Shown one piece after another: positions 40,087 through 48,975 of a stretch of DNA of 64,000 nt (the stretch's first letter is position 1; every line of letters starts with the position of its first letter). Location: IMG/VR virus record IMGVR_UViG_3300046167_000801; one strand, written 5' to 3'. The position numbers were made by a program, and so were the translations under genes. The DNA comes from a virus. Its lineage: Duplodnaviria; Caudoviricetes. The notes below the pieces were generated by a model. The model worked only from the letters and a program-made list of their open reading frames with translations. It did no database searches and was not told the DNA's origin.

Positions 40087-40911
40087 AAAAAGTATTAACA
40101 GGATTTAGTAATAACATATCCCAACATAAAAATAAAATTAAATGGTGGGTAGAAAGTTTTAGAAAACATTCAGACGCGGAGATTGTTTTAATTGCCTGCA
40201 AATACCACAGATGAAGATAGACAAGCACTAGAAGATCTTAAGGTAAAATATGTGGAGGTTATTGAGGAGGACACATGGAGAATTAACCACCAAAGACTAA
40301 TTCACACAAGAAATTTTATAGAGTCTTATGATGCTGATTTATTTTTAGCTACAGATGTATTTGACGTTTTATTTCATTCAGATCCTTTTGAGATGTTAGA
40401 TACCGATAATCATGATATATGGTTTAGTAGAGAAGGTATTTTAGTTAGGGAAGAACCGTGGAACGCGGATGTATTAAAAAAGACATTTCCTAATGAAGTA
40501 CAATCATGTATGAATACTGAGATAGTTTGTTCGGGTATAATGGCGGGTAAGAAAGATGCATTTGTAAAGTTGTACGATAAAATGTATGAAATGTGTGAAA
40601 ATAGTGAAGACGGACATAATATTAAAGATCAGGCGGCACTAATCGTTTTAGTTAAAGATCAATGGATTGAGAATCTAAGAATCTTTGATTTAGATGAGGG
40701 GTGGGCAATGCATTGTGCAACGTCGGGACCAACACAGTACTTTACTCAATGGGGTATGAAAAACAACATTATAGGTAAGGGTTATGGAATACCCGAATTA
40801 AAGGAAGACGGTTTCGTTTATAATAGTAAAACAAATAATAAATACACCATGGTTCACCAATTCAATAGAATTGAGGAGTGGTCAAATATTTTAACAAAAG
40901 AGTATGAGTAG
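40083..40911 (+). pseudogene. glycosyltransferase-like protein with 1-bp frameshift at ~40197
   Basis: ATG 40083 reads MKKVLTGF...EIVLIA then stops at ~40214; removing one base joins it to ORF 40192..40911 (ANTTDEDRQ...TDVFDV). Confidence 0.6.
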
Positions 40912-41665
40912 AAATATTGCATGTATGTGTACGATGTCACATCAACACAATAGGTTAGATACCGATTGGTTACCTCTTATAACCAAAGATAATTATGATA
41001 AGGAATTAATTGTTGATGTTACAAAAGACCAGTCATTTAAACCCGGTTTTCACTTTACCGAGGATGAGGTTAGAACAAATCTTAATTTTCCACATAATGT
41101 AAGTAAGAGACATTATTGGAATAGTCATGGTAACAGGAACATCATTTGGTTTCATGCACATTTACGTATGTTAAATTTTTACTTATCTAATCCTGATTAC
41201 GAATATTATTGGTTTTTCGATGATGACGTAAGAATAGATGATTGGAATTCATTTTTAACTCAGACAGATACAGATGATTCCGATTTCATATCATATTTTG
41301 TATTTAAAAAAGATGGGGTTAATAGTCAACCTAATGTCCCTGTGATAGATAATAGAACAACATCATCACACATGTGGTTAGAGAGATTCCCTGGTGACGG
41401 GGATACACTACCGGATGGTATTACAGAATGGTTTGGTTCATTCTTCCCTACAGTAAGGTATTCTAACAGGGCAATGAAAAAATTATTAGAATTAAATAAT
41501 CAAGGTTACCATGGTTATGGTGAAGGGTTTGTACCGACAGTCTTAAATCAATGTGGTATGAAAATAACAAGTTTAATTACTTCAAATGATGATTCTAATT
41601 TATTTGATTTTGGAAACAATAAAATTTGGCACAAAAACACAATTGTAGATTGGGCATGGATATAA
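40904..41665 (+). CDS. glycosyltransferase-like protein
   Basis: YEYYWFFDDDV DxD motif in glycan cluster. Confidence 0.55.
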   Translation: MSRNIACMCTMSHQHNRLDTDWLPLITKDNYDKELIVDVTKDQSFKPGFHFTEDEVRTNLNFPHNVSKRHYWNSHGNRNIIWFHAHLRMLNFYLSNPDYEYYWFFDDDVRIDDWNSFLTQTDTDDSDFISYFVFKKDGVNSQPNVPVIDNRTTSSHMWLERFPGDGDTLPDGITEWFGSFFPTVRYSNRAMKKLLELNNQGYHGYGEGFVPTVLNQCGMKITSLITSNDDSNLFDFGNNKIWHKNTIVDWAWI

Positions 41666-43008
41666 AGAACACTACTATAGTTACCGCAATATTTGATATT
41701 GGTAGAGATGAGTGGGACAACTTCACAATGTCTTACCACACCTACTTAATGTGGATGAGAAACATTCTTTTTTTAGATACCAATATGGTAATCTACACTG
41801 AGGAAAAATTTAAAAAACAGATCATTGATTTTAGGAAAGAGGTTGATCCAACATTAGAAAAAACAATTATTGTTATTGAACCATTAGAAAATATCATTGG
41901 TTATAAGAAGTTCTTTAATCCTCTCAATACTTTAATGTCTAGTGAGTCCTTCAAATCTAAAATACAATTTCAAGTACCTGAAATGACTAAACCACTTTAT
42001 AACGTGGTTATGTTTGCAAAACTTTTTTACATATTAGATGCACATAAAAGAAACTTATTTAATACTGATTTATTTGTGTGGGCGGATGCGGGTGTACTAA
42101 GAAACGATAAACCTGAATTAGGTATTAGTTGGCCCGATACACAGAAAATAAATGAATTAGATAATAATAAAGTAACCTTCTTTTGTCACCATCCTTATGT
42201 TAGGGTTGGTGAGGATCATTATGAACAACATGCATTATCTCAAATGAGATATATACAAGGTGGTTCCATTTTCGTACCTAAGAAGTGTGTTGATGAGGTA
42301 TGTGAGATATTTGAAGATGTTGTGAAAGAGTCTGTAGAAGGTGGGTACGTTGGTAGTGACGAAAAAATGTTTGACTTCTTATACTTGAGAGATCCAAATA
42401 AGTATAACCTAATACAATGTGGTTGGAGGGAGTATATAGATTTATTTACAAGTGATAAGGATTTGAAAGTAGTTGTGTCAAGATACGACGAAGATACTTC
42501 TTGGACCAATAAACTAAATTATGAATCAATTATATTCAATAAAAATGAATCGGATAATCACCTGTATGAAAATAATTTACCTAATGTTGGTAGAGAAACT
42601 CATACATTCATGTCATATATAATTGACAATTATGATAACCTACCTAATTACGTTGCATTTGTCCAAGGTAATCCATTTGATCATTGTAATGACGTAATAA
42701 ATGATATCAACGGATTTGATTTCAAGAGTGAATTTTTACCTTTAGGTAGAGTGAATAGATATAATATGGAATATGAGTCTATTGATGATCAGATGAGATC
42801 TTTCGGTGAAACTATGGGTATCAACATAACTTTCCCTTCATATAACGTACCGGGTGCACAACACATAATCAGTAGAAGGTTAATTAGAAAACACCCTATT
42901 GAGTTTTATAAAAAAATACATTCTTTAGTTAATACTGAACTATATCCTTTCTCATGTTTGGATTTTGAGAAGACTTTATTTCAAATATACGGAATATATA
43001 ATGTTTGA
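41626..43008 (+). CDS. HtrL/YibB-family domain fused to DUF3431 domain
   Basis: TTIVTAIFDIGR...YNVVMFAK...WADAG; VVSRYDED..W ... NVGRE.HT...I..NYDNLP....F.QG.PFDH. Confidence 0.7.
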   Translation: MAQKHNCRLGMDIKNTTIVTAIFDIGRDEWDNFTMSYHTYLMWMRNILFLDTNMVIYTEEKFKKQIIDFRKEVDPTLEKTIIVIEPLENIIGYKKFFNPLNTLMSSESFKSKIQFQVPEMTKPLYNVVMFAKLFYILDAHKRNLFNTDLFVWADAGVLRNDKPELGISWPDTQKINELDNNKVTFFCHHPYVRVGEDHYEQHALSQMRYIQGGSIFVPKKCVDEVCEIFEDVVKESVEGGYVGSDEKMFDFLYLRDPNKYNLIQCGWREYIDLFTSDKDLKVVVSRYDEDTSWTNKLNYESIIFNKNESDNHLYENNLPNVGRETHTFMSYIIDNYDNLPNYVAFVQGNPFDHCNDVINDINGFDFKSEFLPLGRVNRYNMEYESIDDQMRSFGETMGINITFPSYNVPGAQHIISRRLIRKHPIEFYKKIHSLVNTELYPFSCLDFEKTLFQIYGIYNV

Positions 43009-44083
43009 TTATCTAATAGTTGGTAGTGGATTTTTTGGGTCTATTTGTGCTAGAGAACTTACTGACAAGGGCAATAAAGTTTGTGTAATTGAAAATAGGA
43101 ACCATATCGGTGGTAACTGTTACACATCAAATAGAGACGGTATAAATGTTCATGACTATGGTCCTCATATTTTTCACACCTCAAACGAAGAGGTATGGAA
43201 ATGGATAAATCAATATGCGGACTTTAATAATTTTACTTTAAGACCAGTTGCAAATTACGAAGGTGAGGTTTATTCCTTACCATTTAATATGTGGACATTC
43301 TCCAAATTATGGGGAGTTACTCATCCTTATGAAGTTAAAGAGATAATTAAACAACAAAGTTCTCATATTAATAATCCAAAGAATTTAGAAGAACAAGCAA
43401 TTAAACTCGTTGGGGTTGACGTATATGAAAAGTTAATAAAGGGGTATACGGAGAAACAGTGGAGAAAAAATGCAACTGACCTACCTAAAGAAATAATTAA
43501 AAGATTACCTGTTAGATTTACATACGATAACAATTACTTTAATGACAAGTACCAAGGAATTCCCGTAGGTGGATATACTCAAATATTTGAGAAACTTTTA
43601 GAGGGTATTGAAGTTAGGTTGGAGACTGATTTTTTTAAGAGTAGATTACCGAAACATAAAAAAGTAATTTATACGGGACCCATTGATAGGTATTTTAATT
43701 ATGAGTTTGGTGAGTTGGAATATAAGACTACAGAGTTTCATCACAAAAAGATGGGGACCGACAATTATCAAGGTGTTGTAATGATGAACTATACTGAAAA
43801 GGATATTCCCTACACTAGAACTATTGAACATAAACACTTTGAAGACATAGAGTCTGAAAATAGTTGGGTTACATGGGAATACCCCACCGAATATAAGGCG
43901 GGTTTAACAGAACCTTACTATCCTGTTAACGATAAGGAGAATACTAAAATCTATAAGAAGTATAAAAATTTAGCTGATAAGGAAAAGGATGTTTACTTTG
44001 GTGGTAGATTGGCGGAATACAAATACTATGACATGCATAAGGTAATTGAGTCCGCACTTAATTTTATAAAAAAAACCCTCTGA
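43001..44083 (+). CDS. glf: UDP-galactopyranose mutase
   Basis: MFDYLIVGSG, HIGGNCY, YGPHIFHT, YTEKQW, PVRFTYDNNYFNDKYQGIP, GRLAEYKYYDM. Confidence 0.93.
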   Translation: MFDYLIVGSGFFGSICARELTDKGNKVCVIENRNHIGGNCYTSNRDGINVHDYGPHIFHTSNEEVWKWINQYADFNNFTLRPVANYEGEVYSLPFNMWTFSKLWGVTHPYEVKEIIKQQSSHINNPKNLEEQAIKLVGVDVYEKLIKGYTEKQWRKNATDLPKEIIKRLPVRFTYDNNYFNDKYQGIPVGGYTQIFEKLLEGIEVRLETDFFKSRLPKHKKVIYTGPIDRYFNYEFGELEYKTTEFHHKKMGTDNYQGVVMMNYTEKDIPYTRTIEHKHFEDIESENSWVTWEYPTEYKAGLTEPYYPVNDKENTKIYKKYKNLADKEKDVYFGGRLAEYKYYDMHKVIESALNFIKKTL

Positions 44084-44230
44084 TTAGGAGGATTTTTCTT
44101 CTTTCTTAGGTGCTTGTATACCTTTCTCACTTTCGGCCTTCTTAGCCAAGTGATTCTTAATCTCAGTTTTATGTTGTGATGAGATCTTTTTTCTTTCGTC
44201 TTCCGACATTCCAAATGGTCCTGACATAGT

Positions 44231-44518
44231 TTAAATATTTAATATTTTTATTATTTTCTCTTTCTTTTTGGTGAGGACAATACATCTCTCGTATTCTTCT
44301 CTCTCTTCATAAATATCCACTAATGCGGTTACAATTTCAAGACACAACTCTAAATCAGAATCGTAAGAAAGAATTGTCTTAGAGGTAAGATAATGAATTA
44401 ATATCGTTTTGTCAACCTTTGACATAAACTTATAAATCATTTCTAATTCGTCTTCATCGTAATTACCAACGTGAAGAATTCTTGTGGATTGTAATAAAAA
44501 GTTTACCGATAGATCCAT
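44231..44518 (-). CDS. hypothetical protein
   Basis: EEYERC motif, 95 aa. Confidence 0.55.
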   Translation of the reverse strand: MDLSVNFLLQSTRILHVGNYDEDELEMIYKFMSKVDKTILIHYLTSKTILSYDSDLELCLEIVTALVDIYEEREEYERCIVLTKKKEKIIKILNI

Positions 44519-44839
44519 TTATAATAGTACAAAATTGTTTAATGTTTTAAAACAACTCATGAACCCTTCAATCTCTACCTCTTCTCTTGAAGACATGGAG
44601 GTCTGTCTAGGACATATTATCGTTCCATCACCTAATGATATGGTATACAACCATTGATTTGGTCCAATCATTTCTATTGTTAGATAAATCTTATACTTAT
44701 CAAAAAAATAGTATAATCTTTTAGATTCAAACAGATCTAAAGTGGACACACTTAGCACACCCACGTATGGAAACATCGTGCCAACAAACCTTTCATACGA
44801 AAGAGGATACTCATTTTTTATTTTCTTCCAGTTTAACAT
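44519..44839 (-). CDS. hypothetical protein
   Basis: 106-aa ORF. Confidence 0.55.
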   Translation of the reverse strand: MLNWKKIKNEYPLSYERFVGTMFPYVGVLSVSTLDLFESKRLYYFFDKYKIYLTIEMIGPNQWLYTISLGDGTIICPRQTSMSSREEVEIEGFMSCFKTLNNFVLL

Positions 44840-44882
44840 ACTAAAAAGTACACATTTAATATAAAATTGTATATTTATTAAT

Positions 44883-45494
44883 ATGAAATTTATTCTAAAA
44901 GAGTCTCAACTTATAAATATCTTCAAATCTGAGTTCGGTGTAACACTTAATGAAAATGTTATCGCTAAGTTTCTGGATATATATGGTAAGGCCATGTCAG
45001 GTGACGGTAATTCTTCAGGATATAGTGGTGGTTTTAACCCTAATTTTGACTATCAGGGTCTTCCACCCGAAAATTTTAATCAAATTGATATATGGCCAGT
45101 AAATGGGGCACGATTAACAAGTGGGTTTGGTCCAAGGAATATTGGTGGTCGTGCAAGTAAAAACCATATGGGTTGTGATTTAGGTGTACCATCAGGGACA
45201 CCCGTATATGCCGTCGCAAATGGAAAAGTAAAAGCGGCAAGAGACACTTCACCAAATGGATGTGGTGGTTTTGTTAAAATACAACACAAAGATTATTCAA
45301 CTAAGTATTGTCACTTGAAACGGTGGGATGTAAAAAAGGGAGATGAGGTCTCTAAAGGACAACAAATAGGATTAAGTGGTGGTGCGAGTAATGACCCTTT
45401 TAAAGGTAATTCTATGGGTGCTCACCTACATTACGAGGTCTTAGATGGTGAAAGACATATAGATCCTGTTAAGGTCCACGGAAGACTTTCGTAA
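44883..45494 (+). CDS. M23 family peptidase
   Basis: TSGFGPR, HMGCDLG...GTPVYA..G.V, YCHL, G.SMGAHLHYEV. Confidence 0.88.
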   Translation: MKFILKESQLINIFKSEFGVTLNENVIAKFLDIYGKAMSGDGNSSGYSGGFNPNFDYQGLPPENFNQIDIWPVNGARLTSGFGPRNIGGRASKNHMGCDLGVPSGTPVYAVANGKVKAARDTSPNGCGGFVKIQHKDYSTKYCHLKRWDVKKGDEVSKGQQIGLSGGASNDPFKGNSMGAHLHYEVLDGERHIDPVKVHGRLS

Positions 45495-45530
45495 AGTTCC
45501 AAGTAATTATAGTTTATTATACTATAATTT

Positions 45531-45764
45531 ATGGAAATCATTGAATTTTATTACAACGAATCAGAACAAATATTAGAAATTACATTTACCGCCGAATCTG
45601 ACGGTGATTATTTAAATGTAGAATTAAGTTTAGACGATGCTAAACTACACTCCCCAATAATTCTTGAAGAAGAAGATTTAGATGATGCCGACTTTGACTT
45701 GTTAGTTGATATATTAGAGTCATACTATTATGAGAACGAATTACCATCTGAAAGTTTTTTCTAA
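45531..45764 (+). CDS. acidic hypothetical protein
   Basis: 77-aa ORF. Confidence 0.55.
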   Translation: MEIIEFYYNESEQILEITFTAESDGDYLNVELSLDDAKLHSPIILEEEDLDDADFDLLVDILESYYYENELPSESFF

Positions 45765-45805
45765 ACCTTTTGGTGTATACTTCTTAAACCATAGTATTTA
45801 TTAGT

Positions 45806-46178
45806 ATGAGTTTCTTAAATGATAATGATAAGGGTAGAATTGTAGAATTTGTAAAATTCGTTAGAGACGAATTGGGTCTAAAGGTTACACCTACAATAAA
45901 ATTACTAAATGGTAGAGGAGAACTCAAGACAACTGCACATTACAATTATTCTAATCCCAGAAAAAATCATAAAAGTAAATTCTAAAAACAGACACATTGT
46001 TGATATTATGAGGAGTATCGCACACGAAATGGTACACCACTTACAATATGAACAAGGTCGTTTAGACGGTCCTAAACCACCCGATATTGGTGGTGAGATA
46101 GAAGATGAAGCAAACTCAAAAGCGGGACAGTTTATTAAATTGTACTCGAAGATGGATAGTACAATTTATGATGAGTAG
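45806..46178 (+). pseudogene. HExxH zinc-metallopeptidase-like protein with 1-bp frameshift at ~45957
   Basis: ATG 45806 frame stops at 45985; removing one C of CCC joins TTAHYNYSNP to EKIIKV...RSIAHEMVHHLQ. Confidence 0.6.
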
Positions 46179-46218
46179 ATCACCATTCATCATATAAACC
46201 ATTACAATATTTCTTGAC

Positions 46219-46440
46219 ATGAAAAGAAAATTAATTGCAATGATGTTATGTAGTATATTTTTATTTGGTAGTTGTGCCTCTAATAAACCTAGTTGGGAAC
46301 GTAAAAAACCCGTGGTAAGTTTATTAGATTCATTAAGTGTTAAAAATAACCCTAAAGTGACTCAAAATGATCACACCTTTTTAGGACTTTTATTATCAGG
46401 TATGATACTTTTTACCCTACATACATTTACAACAAGGTGA
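46219..46440 (+). CDS. small lipoprotein/membrane protein
   Basis: LFGSC lipobox, C-terminal TM. Confidence 0.5.
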   Translation: MKRKLIAMMLCSIFLFGSCASNKPSWERKKPVVSLLDSLSVKNNPKVTQNDHTFLGLLLSGMILFTLHTFTTR

Positions 46441-46452
46441 TTTTATAGTTCA

Positions 46453-46827
46453 TTAAAACGTAGTACTAACTTCGTAAACTCTTTTAAGAACTTTATCACA
46501 CATATTTCGATACTCCCTATCAAATTGGTAATTATCTTTATGGGATTTATTTGAGTGCATGATCGTTGCGTGATTCCTCTCAATCAATCTACCTATTTTA
46601 CTGTAAGAGAAACCAAATTTTTCTCTCATAATGTAACAGAATAATTGTCTTCCACTTACGACTTCCCTATGTCTAACCCTTGATATAATACTCTCAATTG
46701 AGATAGATTGTTCTTCAGATATTATATTTAATATCTCGTCAGTATTGACATAGAGTTTTTTAGATGATCGTATTCTTGTTTTGATGTTGGTTTCTAAACC
46801 GACAAACACGTATGGGTGTATTTTCAT
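46453..46827 (-). CDS. stand-alone DnaA C-terminal (domain IV)-like HTH protein
   Basis: IISRVRHREVVSGRQLFCYIMRE...SYSKIGRLIERNHATIMHS. Confidence 0.7.
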   Translation of the reverse strand: MKIHPYVFVGLETNIKTRIRSSKKLYVNTDEILNIISEEQSISIESIISRVRHREVVSGRQLFCYIMREKFGFSYSKIGRLIERNHATIMHSNKSHKDNYQFDREYRNMCDKVLKRVYEVSTTF

Positions 46828-46828
46828 T

Positions 46829-47398
46829 TTAAAATCTGTGTAAAGTTATTTCTAAGTGTGATTCAATTGCCTTATCATATTGATTACCCCCAATTAGAAT
46901 ATTAGTAAAGAATCCTTGGGAAGTTAACTTAAGTGTATTTGATGGCATTGCACCGTACGTATCAATACTAAATGTATAACGAGTTTTTTCACCCATATAA
47001 TCAGTTTCTATAATTGTTTGTTCTGTACAATACGTACATGGGAAGTCAATAGGTATCCATTCGTCACTAACATCGTCGGTAATCCTAAGGTCATAATAAT
47101 CAAACTCCCATTGAGTTGTTGATTCATCAAATCTACGATTAATAATTGTACTCTCAAAATCCTGAGATAATAGTAGGTTACCGTCATTATCGACACCTGT
47201 AACATAGAAAGTACCAACTGTTGCTCTGTCATCATCTAAAACAATAACTTCACTATCGTAATTCACATTATCAATTACAACATCCACTTGTACGACATCC
47301 CATCTACCATTTAGGTTAAGTTGGGGGTTACTAATCTCTTCGTACTTTTCACAACCGAATAGGGTAATTATCCCTATCAAATAAATTATTTTTTTCAT
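46829..47398 (-). CDS. lipocalin-like lipoprotein
   Basis: Lipobox LFGC; LNGRWDVVQ. Confidence 0.5.
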   Translation of the reverse strand: MKKIIYLIGIITLFGCEKYEEISNPQLNLNGRWDVVQVDVVIDNVNYDSEVIVLDDDRATVGTFYVTGVDNDGNLLLSQDFESTIINRRFDESTTQWEFDYYDLRITDDVSDEWIPIDFPCTYCTEQTIIETDYMGEKTRYTFSIDTYGAMPSNTLKLTSQGFFTNILIGGNQYDKAIESHLEITLHRF

Positions 47399-47479
47399 AT
47401 CAAATCAATTTTATACAAATATAGTATTTTTTTTGATATACAAACTAATTTCAAAAGATTTTTTTGATATTTATAAACT

Positions 47480-47722
47480 ATGAAGATATGCGTAACTGAG
47501 AAACAGTTAGATTTAATTGTCTCAAATCAAACTGAATTTGTTGAACAGGAAGATGGAACAGAAACAGGTACCGGCGATGCATCAGGTGGTGGAACAACCG
47601 CGGGGAGTAAACAATGGGAGAGTGGAGTGACAAGAGGTCCTGACAATCAAATAGGTGTTACTAAGTGGTCTGATGTAGTTGGATCAAAAATAACTAGAGG
47701 CAAGGCAAACCCACTATATTAA
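47480..47722 (+). CDS. hypothetical protein
   Basis: MKICVTEKQL motif; internal W.SGVTRG/W.D...TRG repeat. Confidence 0.6.
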   Translation: MKICVTEKQLDLIVSNQTEFVEQEDGTETGTGDASGGGTTAGSKQWESGVTRGPDNQIGVTKWSDVVGSKITRGKANPLY

Positions 47723-47724
47723 TT

Positions 47725-48942
47725 ATGGTATTACAAAAAACAGGTTTAATATTAGAAAGACATAATAGTATCTTAGACTATAATGGACATACAAACCAAA
47801 CTAAAGATTTAATTAGGACGGACAAAGTACTATTTGAGGCGTTTATTACAGTTGACGAAAGGTATTTCGTAATGAACGATCATGTTATAGACATACAAGA
47901 ACAAACTAACTTAGGTTATTTATGGGACTCATTGGATGTCTTTAAAAAGATATTCGGTAATGTACAGGTAGATGATTCCGAATATAGAGAAATACAAGAG
48001 GGTATCTCAACATTACCTTTACTTGAGAATAAATCAGATTTATATTTAATACGTGACATCCTAATAGAGGGATTTTGGAGTTCTGTGGGAGATGGTCTTG
48101 CGGACTTTGGAAATTGGGCTAAGGATAAGGTTGTGGCGGCAGGAAAAGGCATCGCAAATTTCGCAAGTAGTGCGTGGAATAACATAAAGAAGTTTGGTAT
48201 CGCAATATCAGAACTTGACTTCAAAAAAGTCTTATCTATGATTGGTAAGGGTGTATTATGGGTTCTAAGAAAATTTAAGGACGCGGCGTACTCTACGGTA
48301 GGTATTATTGTAGATGCAATTTTGGTGGCTACAGGTATTGGTAAACCCGTACAAGCTGTGTTTTGGGGATTAGTTACAGGTTTAGATGTATACCAATTGG
48401 CAAGTGGTGATTGGGAACCAAAAGGAACCCCAACTTGGGAGAAATGGTTAGACCTTGTTTGTGATATAATCGGACTATTAGGTGCGGGTGTTGCTGCTAA
48501 AGGTGCAAGAGGTTTAGTAAAAGGAATTAAGTCCGCAACTCAAATACCAAAATTTGTAAAAAAGAACAAGGCAATAATGAATATCATAATTAAACTAAAA
48601 AATGGGGCATCATGGGTTATCAGTAAAATAACCTCAGTCTTAAAAGGTTTAAAAGGAAAATGGAAACCTTTAGATAAGTTTATTGATAAGATTCTTTCTT
48701 TTTGTAAGAAGATATTCACAGGTTTAAAGAATTTCGTTAAGAAAATATTCCCCGATCCGGTTAAACTTACAGGAAAACAAAAACTTAAGAGAGGTGTAAA
48801 AGCGGGGGGTGCCGCGACAACTATCATGTACGGTATTGATAAATACTCTGAAAAAAAGGGTAAAGAATCCGCATTGAAAGTAGATCAGGCAATAGATAAC
48901 ATTGATTTGTCAAGCGCAGAGTTTGACTACGACGAGATTTAA
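47725..48942 (+). CDS. putative virion/ejection protein with hydrophobic segments
   Basis: 405 aa; central ILIE|GFW site, hydrophobic IIVDAILVATGIG..FWGLV. Confidence 0.55.
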   Translation: MVLQKTGLILERHNSILDYNGHTNQTKDLIRTDKVLFEAFITVDERYFVMNDHVIDIQEQTNLGYLWDSLDVFKKIFGNVQVDDSEYREIQEGISTLPLLENKSDLYLIRDILIEGFWSSVGDGLADFGNWAKDKVVAAGKGIANFASSAWNNIKKFGIAISELDFKKVLSMIGKGVLWVLRKFKDAAYSTVGIIVDAILVATGIGKPVQAVFWGLVTGLDVYQLASGDWEPKGTPTWEKWLDLVCDIIGLLGAGVAAKGARGLVKGIKSATQIPKFVKKNKAIMNIIIKLKNGASWVISKITSVLKGLKGKWKPLDKFIDKILSFCKKIFTGLKNFVKKIFPDPVKLTGKQKLKRGVKAGGAATTIMYGIDKYSEKKGKESALKVDQAIDNIDLSSAEFDYDEI

Positions 48943-48975
48943 AGAAAAATAACTATTTATATAAAAAATTAACGA

